Shown: in pieces, positions 52,404 through 64,000 of the stretch
Layout of the letters: the number at the start of each line of letters is the position of its first letter
Position numbering within the stretch: the first letter of the stretch is position 1
Assembly (NCBI RefSeq): GCF_006345805.1
Contig: NW_021829832.1
Location: 434,001 to 498,000 of the forward strand
DNA from: Octopus sinensis
Lineage: Eukaryota
Direction of reading: 5' to 3'
Length of the DNA stretch: 64,000 bases
Made by a program: the position numbers and the translations under genes
The notes under the pieces: generated by a model
Seen by the model: only the letters and a program-made list of their open reading frames with translations
Database searches by the model: none
Told to the model about the DNA's origin: nothing

Positions 52404-53590
52404 TTAAGGTAAATATTTTCCCTTTACTACAATGACAATAATGAAGATGATTTGAACGATGGAAACAACAAAATATGACACGGGCAAAAAAAGGGACTTA
52501 GTCCCGAGCCAATTGGAAGAAGAAATCAATATCTTCTTGGCCCCTCCGAATACAGTAACCGGAAAATCTCAAATTATATACAAACAATACTAAATTCGAT
52601 ACTGATCGTATAATTCCCAGGAGGCAGGCCACTTTTATACAGATCTCGACTGTGATCAACACGTCGGTACAACTTGCGAGGGGATTTGAAAGCACTAGGT
52701 CTCATCCACACCATCAAGTCCTCATTAACATATCCATTATTCGTCGGGTCCGCCGGATCCAACTCAAATACACTCTTTCTCCAATAAGGAGGCTTCACTG
52801 TCCCATTAAAAGCTATCATTAATCAACACGTCAAACACGCCGGATTCTTAAAACGATATTTTTTATCATAATAATATGATATTCCCGTCCTCAGCAGAGG
52901 CACGTCGGTCACAACGTTCGTCAGTGGATCCCGTCTTGTCATGGAAAACGAATCTATTTATAAAACAGGCAATAAATACCATTAAACATTGTATTGGCTA
53001 TAATTCCGCATGGGGCAATGTTGTATTCAGTTTTATTGACAGTTCTCACTCTGTATGGATTACAATCAGTCGACAGTGCTCCCCCATGTCCCCCCAACTG
53101 GTTATAGTCCACAGAACTAGCATATGTACGCTCATTCTGGTAGAAATTTACGATTCTGTAGTAAATGTAGATCGGTCCCTGATATAGCAAGTTTAAATGT
53201 ACTTTGAGATTATTTTTGAGAGAGAAACTGACGTGGCAATAGCAGAGAGGGAGTTGGGGGTCAATGGCTGAACGGAGCATGTAATCTGCACAAGACTTTT
53301 CGGGGATTGAAATGTCGGGAGAACAGTTTGAATAATCCAATTCAATTTCGTTAGTCTATTTTTGATTTATTTATAATGCCACGTTTATTGTGGTGATCAT
53401 GACAATTCCAAATGTTATAAATAATAAACAATTTGTACAGAGAATTGGGATAATACACCTTATATTGTAGTTGCTGATGAATGCTGGAACACGCTGCTGT
53501 TTGAACTGTTCCTCTGATTTATGTAATGGAAAATAATTTACTTTTGCTTAATTTAACGTTTTGTTCGTGAGAGATACTCCCATTCTTCAT
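52404..53590 (-). CDS. TMEM30A: CDC50/TMEM30 P4-ATPase beta subunit
   Basis: FKQQRVPAF, YYRIVNFYQNER, APCGIIANTMFN, KPPYWRK and NEDLMVWMRPSAFKSPRKLYRRV. Confidence 0.92.
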
Positions 53591-53699
53591 GTAACCACAA
53601 CAAAAAATGAATATAATAATTGGATTTCAAATAATATTCATTCCTGTAAAAATCAATAAACATTATTGTTTTTAAAATTATAAATCCAAATTAGTAAAT

Positions 53700-55340
53700 T
53701 CATTGAAGTGAAAAAATATCTTATCATGAGAATTTTGATTCCAGCTTCCTTCTCTTTGCTATCAATCCGCCTCCTTCCGCCAGATTAATGAGCCGAAATA
53801 CAACGTCTGTATCCCTGATAGGTTCCTCTGGTGTCTCGTGGTGGCTGCTTCCTTCACTTAGTCGTTCATTGATTGCATGCTTTGTTGTTGTAGGTAAGAG
53901 TTTGTACTCCAGGCGCATGCTCTTCAGTGTTTTTTTGATCACGATTGTCTGAACATGCACGCGTTGGACTTGTAGGGAGTTTTGGTATGCTTGTAAAATT
54001 TGGATGTTATTCCATCCCGTGTGGAAACCCAGTGTACGACAATCACATTTTCATTGTGGATTAAACTCAATTCGCTTGCCAAAAGGTCGTATTTATGTAA
54101 TTTCTCAACTTCCAATGCTTCAAAGATTGAGAAGTAATCCAAACTTGGATCACCGTAATCATGTTCCGAACGTTGTCGTAGTGTTCGGTTTATTATTATT
54201 GACATTAGTATTGATCGTTGTGTCCACCCGTATTTCGACCACCTCATTAGAGACGGTCGACTGAACAGAGTGGGTCTTTATATTTTCGGCAGATGTGCAA
54301 GTGAATGCACCTCAAAACCTCATTGTGGCGACGAAATAATCACTGTTCAGCACACATCTTGTAGCAAGATGATCCACAGTCTTTTTGGCGACGTTGTAAT
54401 GGTTGCAACAAGTTGCGGTCCTGAACTATGCACAGGATTCCCTCCGACCTTGGAGAGTTGTTCCATGAGATAACCACTAGGACGATTCTTTCAGATCCAC
54501 GTCCAAATCATTATAACAATTAAACAAAATCGAGTGAAGCGACTTTTTCGTATCTTTTCAATTAAGTGCTTTTCTTGCAAATCCTTCAGAACGTTCAGTT
54601 TGAACGTAATTCTCTCCTCGATTGCATCCGATATGGAGTTCATCGTATCATTCTTCAGAACTCTACTATCCTTGTCTTCCAATACTCCAAGGTAACGACA
54701 GCCATCAATCCAGTCAAGCAGCTTCAAGATTAATTGCAGACTTTTCAGCGTTTTCCTCCAATCTGGCAGCTCGACAGAATTGATCAACCTTGGCCATCAT
54801 CTTCATTACAGTGTCTTCCTTCCGAGCAAACAATTTTAGGTCGTCCATGAACAACAAGTGGTTAATATACCAGAGGACTATTTCCAGACTTGTCCACTAG
54901 CACATTTGGGAATTTCGCATTCAATATTCTACTCAGGGGGTCCAGGGCAAAAACAAAGATTTACGACGATAAAGAATCACCCTGTAAGATTCCTCTCTCC
55001 ATTCTCACTTCACCAATCTCTTTTTGATTAAATCTCAGCTTGATCTTCTATTTCGTGACAATTGCCTTGATAAAATTCACAATCCAACGGGGGAGGCCGG
55101 AGTTATCGAGGACTTTATACAGAAACTCGTGATCGACAGAGTTAAAAGCCTTTTTTACATCAATCCAGACAGAAGGCAAATTATTCCCATTTTGTTGATG
55201 GACACGTTGATTAAGTAATGCCTGCTCTTTGGCTCCTTGGCACATTCTTCTCGTCCCCAATTGATTGTCGCTGATCAAATTGTATGCTTCAATTTAGTCC
55301 GTCAATTTTTTGTTCACACATTTTGTTACAAGTTTATATA
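53700..55340 (-). mobile_element. Decayed R4/Dong-like non-LTR retrotransposon (second diverged copy)
   Basis: NQLGTRRMCQGAKEQALLN, WIDVKKAFNSVDH, RGILQGDSLS, CRYLGVLED and EVEKLHKYDLLASEL. Confidence 0.8.
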
Positions 55341-55519
55341 GATTTGGCACGTAATACAAAAATTAGTTATTCCCTCTACTTAATATTTAATAAGAAATAG
55401 TTTTATTTGTTGAATATCCGTTTGACAGGAAATGATAAAATGACTAAAAAGGAAATAAATCGTCAATCGTGACAAGAATAAACCTCGAAAATTTCGTCTT
55501 TTTAATTTATTTTAATCAC

Positions 55520-56085
55520 ATGGCTTCAACAACTAAAGCAAAGAGGGTCACTTTCTTGTGGAAATTATTAAATCGTTTCAAAGTTAAGTTCTTAATATAT
55601 ATTTTGATAGAAGAGTAAACCAAAGCATACTCCAGTAGTACAAAATAAATATTTTTACTCTTCTGACTCTGGTATTTCTAATCCGAATATACATCGTAGA
55701 ATCGTCGTCTGAATACTTCGAAAAAAAGAATGAAAATATACCAACTCCACAGCATAGAGAAAAAAACAGTTTAAGTAATTTTTCCTTTTCTGATATTATT
55801 AGAGCTGCTTATAGACACCATGAATAGAAGTTTATTATTCAAATATGATTTATTAGATCTAAGTCAAAATTATGTTAAAGAATCAGACTTTGACATATCT
55901 TCTTATGCTTCTACTAGTATTATATATATTTGATAATAAATTGAATAGCTGATTCGAGGATTTTAAGAGATCAGTTAACCCAGGAATATTCTTCTTCGAG
56001 TCTAGTCATTTTTTCTCCTAATATCTCGTTAAAATCATTGACTGGTGCAAGTATTTTACGGGCGCAAAACTCATGTGATTATTAA
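55520..56085 (+). CDS. Orphan gene of about 140 aa with five mini-introns (absent from the ORF track)
   Basis: Removing five GT-AG introns (28, 28, 28, 27 and 32 nt) gives one open frame, MASTTKAKRVTFLWKLLNRFK|KSKPKH...SDS|ESSSEYF...SL|KLLIDTMNR|NLSQNY...AST|TDSRILRDQL.... The 3' end is approximate. Confidence 0.7.
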
Positions 56086-56268
56086 AAAGAATGCATGTTC
56101 AATTATGATGAATAAATTATTTTTGTATTAATTTATGAATTTTTTGAAAAAGTGTTTAATTAACTAAGAAAGAATCTATAAATTGGCCAGAAGTTTTGTT
56201 ATTTTATGTATTAATTAAAAAATTTATAAACTATTGTTTTGATTGAATTGAACAGATCCAAGTGAAGT

Positions 56269-56560
56269 CTAAATGTGGATAAATGATTGATGATGAAACA
56301 TGTCACCGTCCGCTAAACGGACCACAGTGTTTATGGCCAATGAACACATGAACGGGATTTTTTTAATAGTTTCGTTCACGAACGGTGGAGTTATAATCAA
56401 AGACAACGTCTTTGAGAATGTTCTGAATACTACCTGACAAAATGAACATTTTGAAACAATCTGAGCAACCTCCGTTCGGTTAACATTGTTATAACGACTA
56501 CAAAGCTTGTTATCGTCCAAAGTGATCCATATTATGTTGTGACTGACCATGTTTAACAAT
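56269..56560 (-). mobile_element. Possible integrase zinc-binding (H2C2-like) remnant
   Basis: RYNNVNRTEVAQIVSKCSFCQ resembles Gin/KRBA2-type integrase N-domains. No DDE core was seen. Confidence 0.3.
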
Positions 56561-56689
56561 AAGTAACCTCAATGTGTTCGAGCTTTAGCTCATATTCCTT
56601 GACTGCCAAAAAACGAAGTTCAGTTTCTTCTGCAGAATTATTATTATAAACAAAGTTATAAACATAAACAAAGTTATGATCCCACACGT

Positions 56690-57240
56690 GTCACAAGCGA
56701 AACAATCTTCTGGACCATCTCGTCCATGCCTCTCTGTTCCGGGCGAGATCCCGTAGAGATTCTAGGTCGTCCCAGTTTTTGAAATTTTTGCCATGAAGTC
56801 TGAGATCCCTTTCTAGAACTGCCGGAAGAGTGGATCTAGATCTTCCACGATATTTGTCTCCATGTTCAAATATGGCCAAATAATTTCCACCGGCCTCCAA
56901 CGATTTCTTGAGACAAGGGATGATGTCTATACAGAGATAGTGTTAATTTTTGATGGCCAATGTATTCCGTGTAAGAGACGTAGTTGTTTACGGTGAAAAG
57001 AGTCTATAGTTTTCAGTTCAGTGTCCGAGATCTCCCATGTTGACGAGTTGTATAGTAGAACAGGCTTTACGAATGTATTATAAAGCCTTGATCTGAGGGC
57101 CCGATTTATCGGCCAAGCTTGGAGCAATTTTTTACGTATTCTGCTCAGAGCCGCGGTAGCAAGCATTTTTCTGCAAGAAATATCTTCACTGTCTCCAAGT
57201 AGGGAGCCGAGTTTGTTGACGTTCCTCCATGTTTCACCAA
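56690..57240 (-). mobile_element. RTE-like LINE remnant (copy 5)
   Basis: KLGSLLGDSEDI, RSRLYNTFVKPVLLYNSSTW, IDSFHRKQLR and LRDLARNREAW. Confidence 0.8.
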
Positions 57241-57624
57241 TTCAACTTACTAATTTAAAACTCATTAATCCGCCCGTTATCCTTGGGAGATTAATTTTTT
57301 CTTTTAGAGAGAGGAAATAACCAACACCACTCCTTTATCCTCTGTCTCCAAAGACTCTTTCGTCCACACTTTGCATACTGTTTTTATACAATTGATTCGT
57401 TCAAATATGCGGCTACTGGCTGATTTTATCTCATCTTAGTGATGTCTGTAAAAATAAATTATTTTTTGAGATGCACAAAAGGGTTAGCACCCTTTTAAAA
57501 TTTTTAGCCTGTAACGAATACATGTGACACGACATTTCAATCTAAACTATAATTGCTGGTTAAGTAATAAAACCAAAAGCCATAAGGAATAACCAAAACG
57601 AATGAAAATTAGTATATAAACTAA

Positions 57625-60395
57625 TTAACGAGGCCCTCTACGATAGTGTTCCAGATCAGCTTGTCCAATAGTATCTTCAATATTAAGCCGAGAGGAATAG
57701 TCGCCAGTAAAAGACGACGTCAGTCTTTGTTGATTTAACACCGAGTCAGTAAGCAGAGATTGATCATTCAGAGATAGACTATTTACACCAATGGACGAGG
57801 GAAGAATTGGAACTGCCCCGAGCATATCCGACGAGGACAAAAGACCTCCTGATTCTCCATCCTGACACTCCGAGTTCTCGATGGGCACTTCCTCAATCGT
57901 ATACAAATCCGGGTCGACCAAGTGAGCATGACTAAGATCAGTGGCTTCAATTTCTCTAGCCTGTCGCTTCCAATCTCTGCTGGAATCCAAATACACTCTG
58001 CTGTAGAATCTGGTGAGATATATATTCGAGTGGGGTCCAGTCCGAGTAGTACGACCCTTGTGGAATGGAATGGGCTGTCTTGTTTGTCGGAACTACATTG
58101 ACACTAACAAGACTAACTCGAGGCTCTAATTCAGGATGACGATCTTTCAAATGTTTCCTCATACTTCTCTGCTGATTACAGTTGTGTGAACAGTAAACAC
58201 ACTGATAGATTGGCCCCAATTGGAGGTGGTGGGAAGTAATGTGATTATCCATTACTTGTTTAGTCTGGGAATATACCAAACAATCCCAACCCTGAACACC
58301 TTCCCACACACTTTACATTTGAGTACTGAACACGGTTTGTGTGCATAGTAGTAATGCACACGCAGAGTATCCAGTGTTGCGTATAATTTACCACACACAT
58401 TGCACAAGTGTTTGCGTGACACTAAACATGACCATATCAATGTCTCACAGTGGTGCTTTTCCCCATGCTTCTTTAGTTGTCTGGAATGCAATGTGGTGAA
58501 GTCACACCCCTGCTCAGTGCATCGCAGAATCTGTCCTCCCCATTCACGCTCGTTCAGAGGAATGCCATGATTACGTAACATATGTTCTAACACGTGACAT
58601 GACACTCCCACCCGTCATGACTCGACGACTTGGTGACTTGAAGGCGCACTTGGGACATTGCTGACTCCTTCGAAATGCAACGTTACTGCAGTTATGCTGA
58701 TGTCGGGCGATCGAGGAGTCGGGAAACGTCTGAGAACAATTCGTGCACCGAGTTTTCCCCAATTCCACGTCGTCGGCAACCATTCCTGTAAAACTGTCGT
58801 ACGATTCATCCTTCAAGCTCATTTTATAACCGTGGAAATCAACAAAGTGTTTGGTGAGTTGGCTACACGTCAATCGGCAGACTATACCGGACAAGGATTT
58901 CTTGGTTGCAGATGTGGCAGTTTAATTGCATGACCTGAGGGTGATCTTGTCTGAAATGAACAGCCATATTCGAAACACTGCAACTCACAATAGAACATAC
59001 ATATATGTCCGGTAACTGCAGCCTCCAACTGTACATTTTATTTTATATTCGGGGTTCTGATCCTGTCCGTGATTGTTACTTTGATGTTCCCACAGATAAC
59101 GCTCAGCCACGAATCCTGATTCACAAAAATGGCATCTGGGAAATGAATAAAATATATTAACGAGTATTGGGAATTCTGGTCTCCATATCCGTGTTGCGAA
59201 ATCATGTGGCGCTGCACATTTGCTTTGACCTGGGCTCCGAAATCACAACCAAACTCCCCACACTCGTACAAATTCGCCCCCTTCCCCGTCTTTATACAAT
59301 CAGAGGGGAGGTTTATTTCCGATTTTGGTTGGACACTCGAGTTAATAAAATTAATATTCGGCCTTTCAACGTTCCCACGACTGGGTGGAAATTTGTGGGC
59401 AATCATTCGATGGCTCTCCAACGACCTGATTCGTCACACAACACTTATACATGTGGTCGTTGAATGGCTTCAGGCAAATATCACAAACTATCAACTTTCG
59501 TTGTTCGGTGCAAGTAGATTCGAGTATTTGATTCATCGGGGCGTCTCCATCCGACCCATAATCAGCCCTTCGATTAGACACAATGATTAATACGGAAGAC
59601 TGGCGTCGGAGTCTTCGTAGTCGTCATATAATCCCATCGGTCGTCGCACTCCTGGACTATTACTAAAAACACAAACCACGTGATCCGTATGATCGTCTTC
59701 GTCGTTTGGGGGATGCTGACTCCTCAAAGGCATCCGAATCGGACACATATGCAGAGGCAGAGTAGGGGTCGTAGTCGTCATCGGACTCCATATCTCCTCT
59801 TTCCTTGAGAGCAGCTGGACAGTCAACTCACATCGATTCAAACCAGACGAATCAATGTCAAAACTAAGTAAAACAGAGCATAATTCATTCCGATTGTGGA
59901 AGTTCGACACAGGTGCCTCATATAAAACATTCACAAAATCTTCCAATGTCTATTTTACATAAATGGCTGAGGAATACTTCGAAACTGCAGTCTATGCGAA
60001 TATTCTTGTACAATTGACTGGTCGACTCCTCGCTCTCTTCATCCTCATAAGACAACATTTGCGCCAGGACTGCAGAACGACAGATCGCCACGATTTTGTG
60101 ACATTTGAGGAACCCCCCAGTCTTAGACGTGAAGATCATATCACACAACACACCATCCAAACGAATGTCGTTCATTCGCTGCAGTGATTCCCGAGAAAAA
60201 TAACCTAAAATGAAACAACCAACAACCTTTCCCAATCTCGGATATCTTCTCTTTCAGTTCAAGGAAATCATTTGGCTCTACCATTGGGGACTGAAGTAAT
60301 CAAGAGAGGACAACCGAATCAGTGTTGGCATTCACTTTCTGGCAGTGGACGTCGTGGAATAAACGGACAAACAACGCTTGAGAGTCCTGTGACAT
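57625..60395 (-). CDS. BTB/POZ + multiple C2H2 zinc-finger protein
   Basis: BTB: LQRMNDIRLDGVLCDM...KCHKIV. About 8 fingers, e.g. CNVCGKLYATLDTLRVHYYYAH, CVYCSHNCNQQRSMRKHLKDRH and CTEQGCDFTTLHSRQLKKHGEKHH. Confidence 0.8.
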
Positions 60396-60467
60396 GACTA
60401 CTTCCAATTTGAAGGGACAATCCTCCGTGGAATCAGATTCACAACTAAATATTGACAGAATGGACGA

Positions 60468-61043
60468 CTACTGAGTTATTTTCGAGTCACATCCGAATGA
60501 TAGAAAAGAAAATCCCAAAGACATGAGGGTGTCTCTCTCAATATATTCCATCGTGTCCGACAATCTGATAGATTCATTCAGTTTCATTCTGATTTGGGCA
60601 ATTTGTTGATATTCCACCAATAATTTGATAAGGTCGTCGATGTGTCCGAATCGTGAGCCATAGATGAGTGGCAGATCCTTGACTGTCTTGTATAAGGAAG
60701 GGCGGCCTCTTCTACCCCTCCGAATCGGGACCTCTTTAACCATTGGTCTTCGACCTCTTTTTCTTCCGGGCTTATTGTTTGTACTTCCAGGGGGCCTTCC
60801 CCGTCCGTCTCTCTTAGGGGCGCTAAGAACGACTTTCTTCTTTGGGCCTCTTGAATGAGGGTCGTAGAATTCTCCCCCGGGCATGTTTTCGTTTGCGTAC
60901 ATTTGGCCCCCCTCGACTGGGTGTTGGTAGGTCTCATATGGCTGTTCATAGACCACTTCTTCGTCTTGGGGGTCCGGCTCCCCATCATCGTACCCGAGAA
61001 TTTGTTGCTTCAATTGGCTATATGATGAGATTGAATTCGACAT
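60468..61043 (-). CDS. AT-hook-containing ORF, possibly the 5' part of the BTB-zinc-finger gene
   Basis: 191-aa ORF with RGRPP, KRGRRP and RRGRPS motifs. There is no AT-rich spacer between it and the BTB exons. Confidence 0.65.
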   Translation of the reverse strand: MSNSISSYSQLKQQILGYDDGEPDPQDEEVVYEQPYETYQHPVEGGQMYANENMPGGEFYDPHSRGPKKKVVLSAPKRDGRGRPPGSTNNKPGRKRGRRPMVKEVPIRRGRRGRPSLYKTVKDLPLIYGSRFGHIDDLIKLLVEYQQIAQIRMKLNESIRLSDTMEYIERDTLMSLGFSFLSFGCDSKITQ

Positions 61044-61432
61044 CTATTAATTGATAGTTATTTAATAATATATTTGAGTTGTTTATTTGTAAAAAATGAT
61101 CAATAAATTATATTATTTTTTATTTAATTTTTACTTATAATGTACTGGCGAACCACAAGAATTGGTTTAACTAAATCGTTGTATAATAAAATATTAATTA
61201 TTTTATTGATTATAAATAATTTTATAATAAATAAAAATATTATTAATTTGTAAATATTTTATTTTATACAAAAAATTATAATGAGTTATATTCGTGAAAT
61301 ATTTCGCAAGAATGTCACGGATTCTTAACTTTTGTGGTTTAATATTTTATTACCGATTAAACATTAATATAATAATTCTATTCAAAATTAAATTAATAAT
61401 AAATAATTTAATTTATTTATTTGTTCAAGTGA

Positions 61433-62909
61433 ATGAACTCTCTGCACCTTTACTTTGCAGTGACTTACATCCTTTTAGCAACATCAATCCTCATTGCAAT
61501 CAAAACAGTCCACAAGACCGGTTTAATACTTCAAAATATATCAAAGGTGTGGATCTTATCATAGGAACATCTCTGTTTGTAGACGAAAGGTCTTATTGGT
61601 TTACTACTCGGTTCTACATGGCCCTGGCTAAGGTCATAATGACGGATCTATTTCTTCTTTTGGTTTTGATAAAAATGACGTCTGTAGTGCGTGGTGAACT
61701 CTCTTTACAGCATTTTTGTGGTGGCAGCCCTTGCTTTGTATAAATACGTCTTTTCTTCCTACATTTCTATTTCGGAGAAAATGGTTTTGGCCAACTTTTA
61801 TTTTAGGAATTAAAAAATAAGTTTCAAAAAATGGTTTTCAAGTCACTCGTTTTTGTATTCGCAGTTCTCAACCTTGAAACAATTTTTGAAATACTTTTTT
61901 GGATTTTTTGGCTTTCCTCAATCCGGTTTACTCGTTTATTTGTATTTTTGTGCAAAATCCGCACTTTCAACCAAAACGTCGGTTCTGCCGTTATTAGTTG
62001 TAGGGAGGAGTCGGTTTTTCCGTTCCCCGGCTTGGGATTTTTCTGGTTTTTACCGTCGCGTTTTCCCTGGCGATGCTGCTGATTTCAATCATAACTTCGG
62101 TCACCATATCCATGGCGGCGGGAATATTCATGGCTTCTGAGGTCAGGTCTCCTCTTCCAACCTTCCAGACCGTAATTCTAATCCTCCAAGTCCTGAAACT
62201 CCTGATTCGCTGTTTTACAATATACCCCACTAATTTGGGGTCTCCAGTACTTTATAATTTATTTTTCTCGCAAGTGCAAATATTTGTGAAGATATTCAAC
62301 ACAGTGCATATGATGGTAAGGAGTGGTCTCTTCATTTCGGAGGTTTATACGGAGGGACTTCTTTCTGTAATAAACACGTTTTTGGCCACTTCTTTACTCA
62401 AGCTTTTACAAAAGTTTATCAGAAATTTTAAATTTTACTTTCATCATTGTTCAGCAGAAATTGCGATTAAAAGAAAGTTTGATTGCGTAATAATATTAAG
62501 TTTGAGTACTATTGACAAGTTTGGTGATCCAATTAACTGCCCAATTTGCCTGGAAGACATTGATTGGGCAGAAGCGGCCGAAACACAATGCAAACATGTA
62601 TTCCACAGGTCAAATTGATTTTTGGATTTTATTAGGAAATGTATAATTACGTGGTTCCATCAGGAATTGAAATGTCCGCTGTGTAGACAGGAGGTCCATC
62701 CAAATGTGGGATCCAACCAGGCGCTCCCACAGGATGTCCATATGGGCAATGGATATATTAACATGTGCAGAGTTATTGGTGAGTGTTGTGGACTTAGTCT
62801 AGTTTGGAGAATTTTGTCTTGGTTTGAGTCCTTTCAAGTTGAAATGGTGGACTTGAATGTCGATGTAGTTTTAGGCGGGGGGATAACTAGAGTTGACGGA
62901 TTGGAGTGA
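61433..62909 (+). CDS. AMFR: gp78/AMFR-like multi-TM RING-H2 E3 ligase, C-terminally short
   Basis: ELKNKFQKMVFKSLVFVFAVLNLETIFEILFWIFW and LCKIR match the gp78 TM region. RING: CPICLE...CKHVFHRKC...CPLCR. The post-RING motif RILSWFESFQVEM follows. Confidence 0.8.
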
Positions 62910-63399
62910 TCTTTATTTTCTATAATAATAAAAAGCTGATATCAAAAGATTCTAAAATGATCTTATAAATACATTTTTGCATATTTTGTTGTATAGGAAA
63001 CTCATTTGATGTCAAGGGATATTATCAAGAAATTTAAAAAATTATATTAATGGAGTGAGTTTGTCCTTTGTGACCTGATAGCCTACTTCCTTGACAGGAT
63101 GACCTGCATAGTTTGAAATTTAATTAAAAACGAAAATAATTTATTATAAAAAGGGTTTAGCATCATTTCAATTAAAAAATTTCATCTTCCAAATAATGTT
63201 ATATCATTATATTTTCAATCTTTAAGTTTTTTTAATCAAAAAGTGTTAATAAATATTTAATTAGCAGCACAAGATGGAATGGCAATTCCCACGCAAGATG
63301 GCTATTGACATGCGTTGGAAAAGCCATGTCCGATGATCGTTTCTCCTTCTGCTTGCCAGGTCCCTTATCTTTAAGTTACGTAAAAATGATACCATTATG

Positions 63400-64000
63400 T
63401 GATTCTGTCATTATGGAAAGTAATAAGGCCAATAGCCGTGAACCGAAATCGTCGAACGCGAGAAGTGTGGAAAGCCATTCGGCACGCGGCCAGGGCCGAC
63501 GCAACCGAAACTACTGAAGAATGTGATCAAAAAGATGTGAACAACCTCATCACTTCTGCGGAAAATACCACACAAGGAGCACAGGAAATCGAATTCATTT
63601 CCCTCAAACAGAAGCTTTAAGAAACGGTCGGCACCTCTTCTTTTCTCAGTAAAAGAGGTGGAGAATAATAATGTTATTCTCTCATATAAGGTGGCCTCAC
63701 GAGACCTGGACATCCAGAAGGCCTCTGAAAGGCTCCAAGCTAACTTGGATCGGCGTAACGTATGACTAACTGACAACCGGGTCGTGGTAAACGCGAAGTC
63801 CGACACGTCTCTTTTTACGTCTGATAAAAGATTGGGAAGGGAAACGGTCGATTTGAAGCTTAACAATGTGGCCATACCCTTCAACAGAAATTAGACGGTT
63901 CTAGAGATAACCCTCGACATGCATTCCTGCTTTTTGCCTCACGCAGACAAACTACTTTGTAAATTTGAGAAAAAACGAACGTGCTCAGAAGCTGCGAAAG
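63400..64000 (+). mobile_element. Decayed Jockey/I-like LINE RT C-terminal remnant
   Basis: Reading through stops gives ASERLQANL, VNAKSDTSLFT, LKLNNVAIPF and LEITLDMH..FLPH. Confidence 0.45.

Noticed and set aside
57477-57496. AAAAGGG-TTAGCA-CCCTTTT hairpin as a histone stem-loop or telomere seed
   Set aside because: The stem and loop consensus is wrong, there is no histone gene, and there is only one TTAG unit.
61294-61743. 149-aa ORF as a separate gene
   Set aside because: It is AT-rich promoter sequence plus one AMFR exon read through its introns.
63411-63884. 157-aa minus-strand ORF
   Set aside because: It is the antisense shadow of a decayed LINE RT, with no independent motifs.

Overview
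Compact, AT-rich eukaryotic genomic DNA from a ciliated animal. There is no sign of a prokaryotic system, and I found no rRNA, tRNA, snRNA or CRISPR. About 18 protein genes are split by very many tiny spliceosomal introns (mostly 22-34 nt), which is why the ORF track is fragmented. In order: TRAPPC2 3' end, DNAH12-type axonemal dynein, SLC6 transporter, SF3B5, DDX41, KIF6, SNW1, HACD, Trio-like GEF, TAF10, AdipoR, AP-3 beta, CK2 beta, RacGAP1-like, CDC50, an orphan gene, an AT-hook/BTB/C2H2 locus and a gp78/AMFR-like ligase. Intergenic gaps hold decayed non-LTR retroelements (R4/Dong-like, CRE-like, RTE-like, Jockey/I-like). Metazoan genes, cilia genes and ~25-nt introns point to a dicyemid-like mesozoan (inference). 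The most interesting signals are: (1) a C-rich to G-rich sense-strand switch inside housekeeping genes, visible in the introns; (2) 3' splice sites apparently chosen by distance, with proximal AGs skipped and GAG acceptors used; (3) GC-AG and stop-free 3n introns; (4) domain-stripped conserved proteins; (5) a candidate H/ACA RNA; (6) an orphan gene invisible to the ORF track. All homology calls come from motif recognition from memory; no searches were run.
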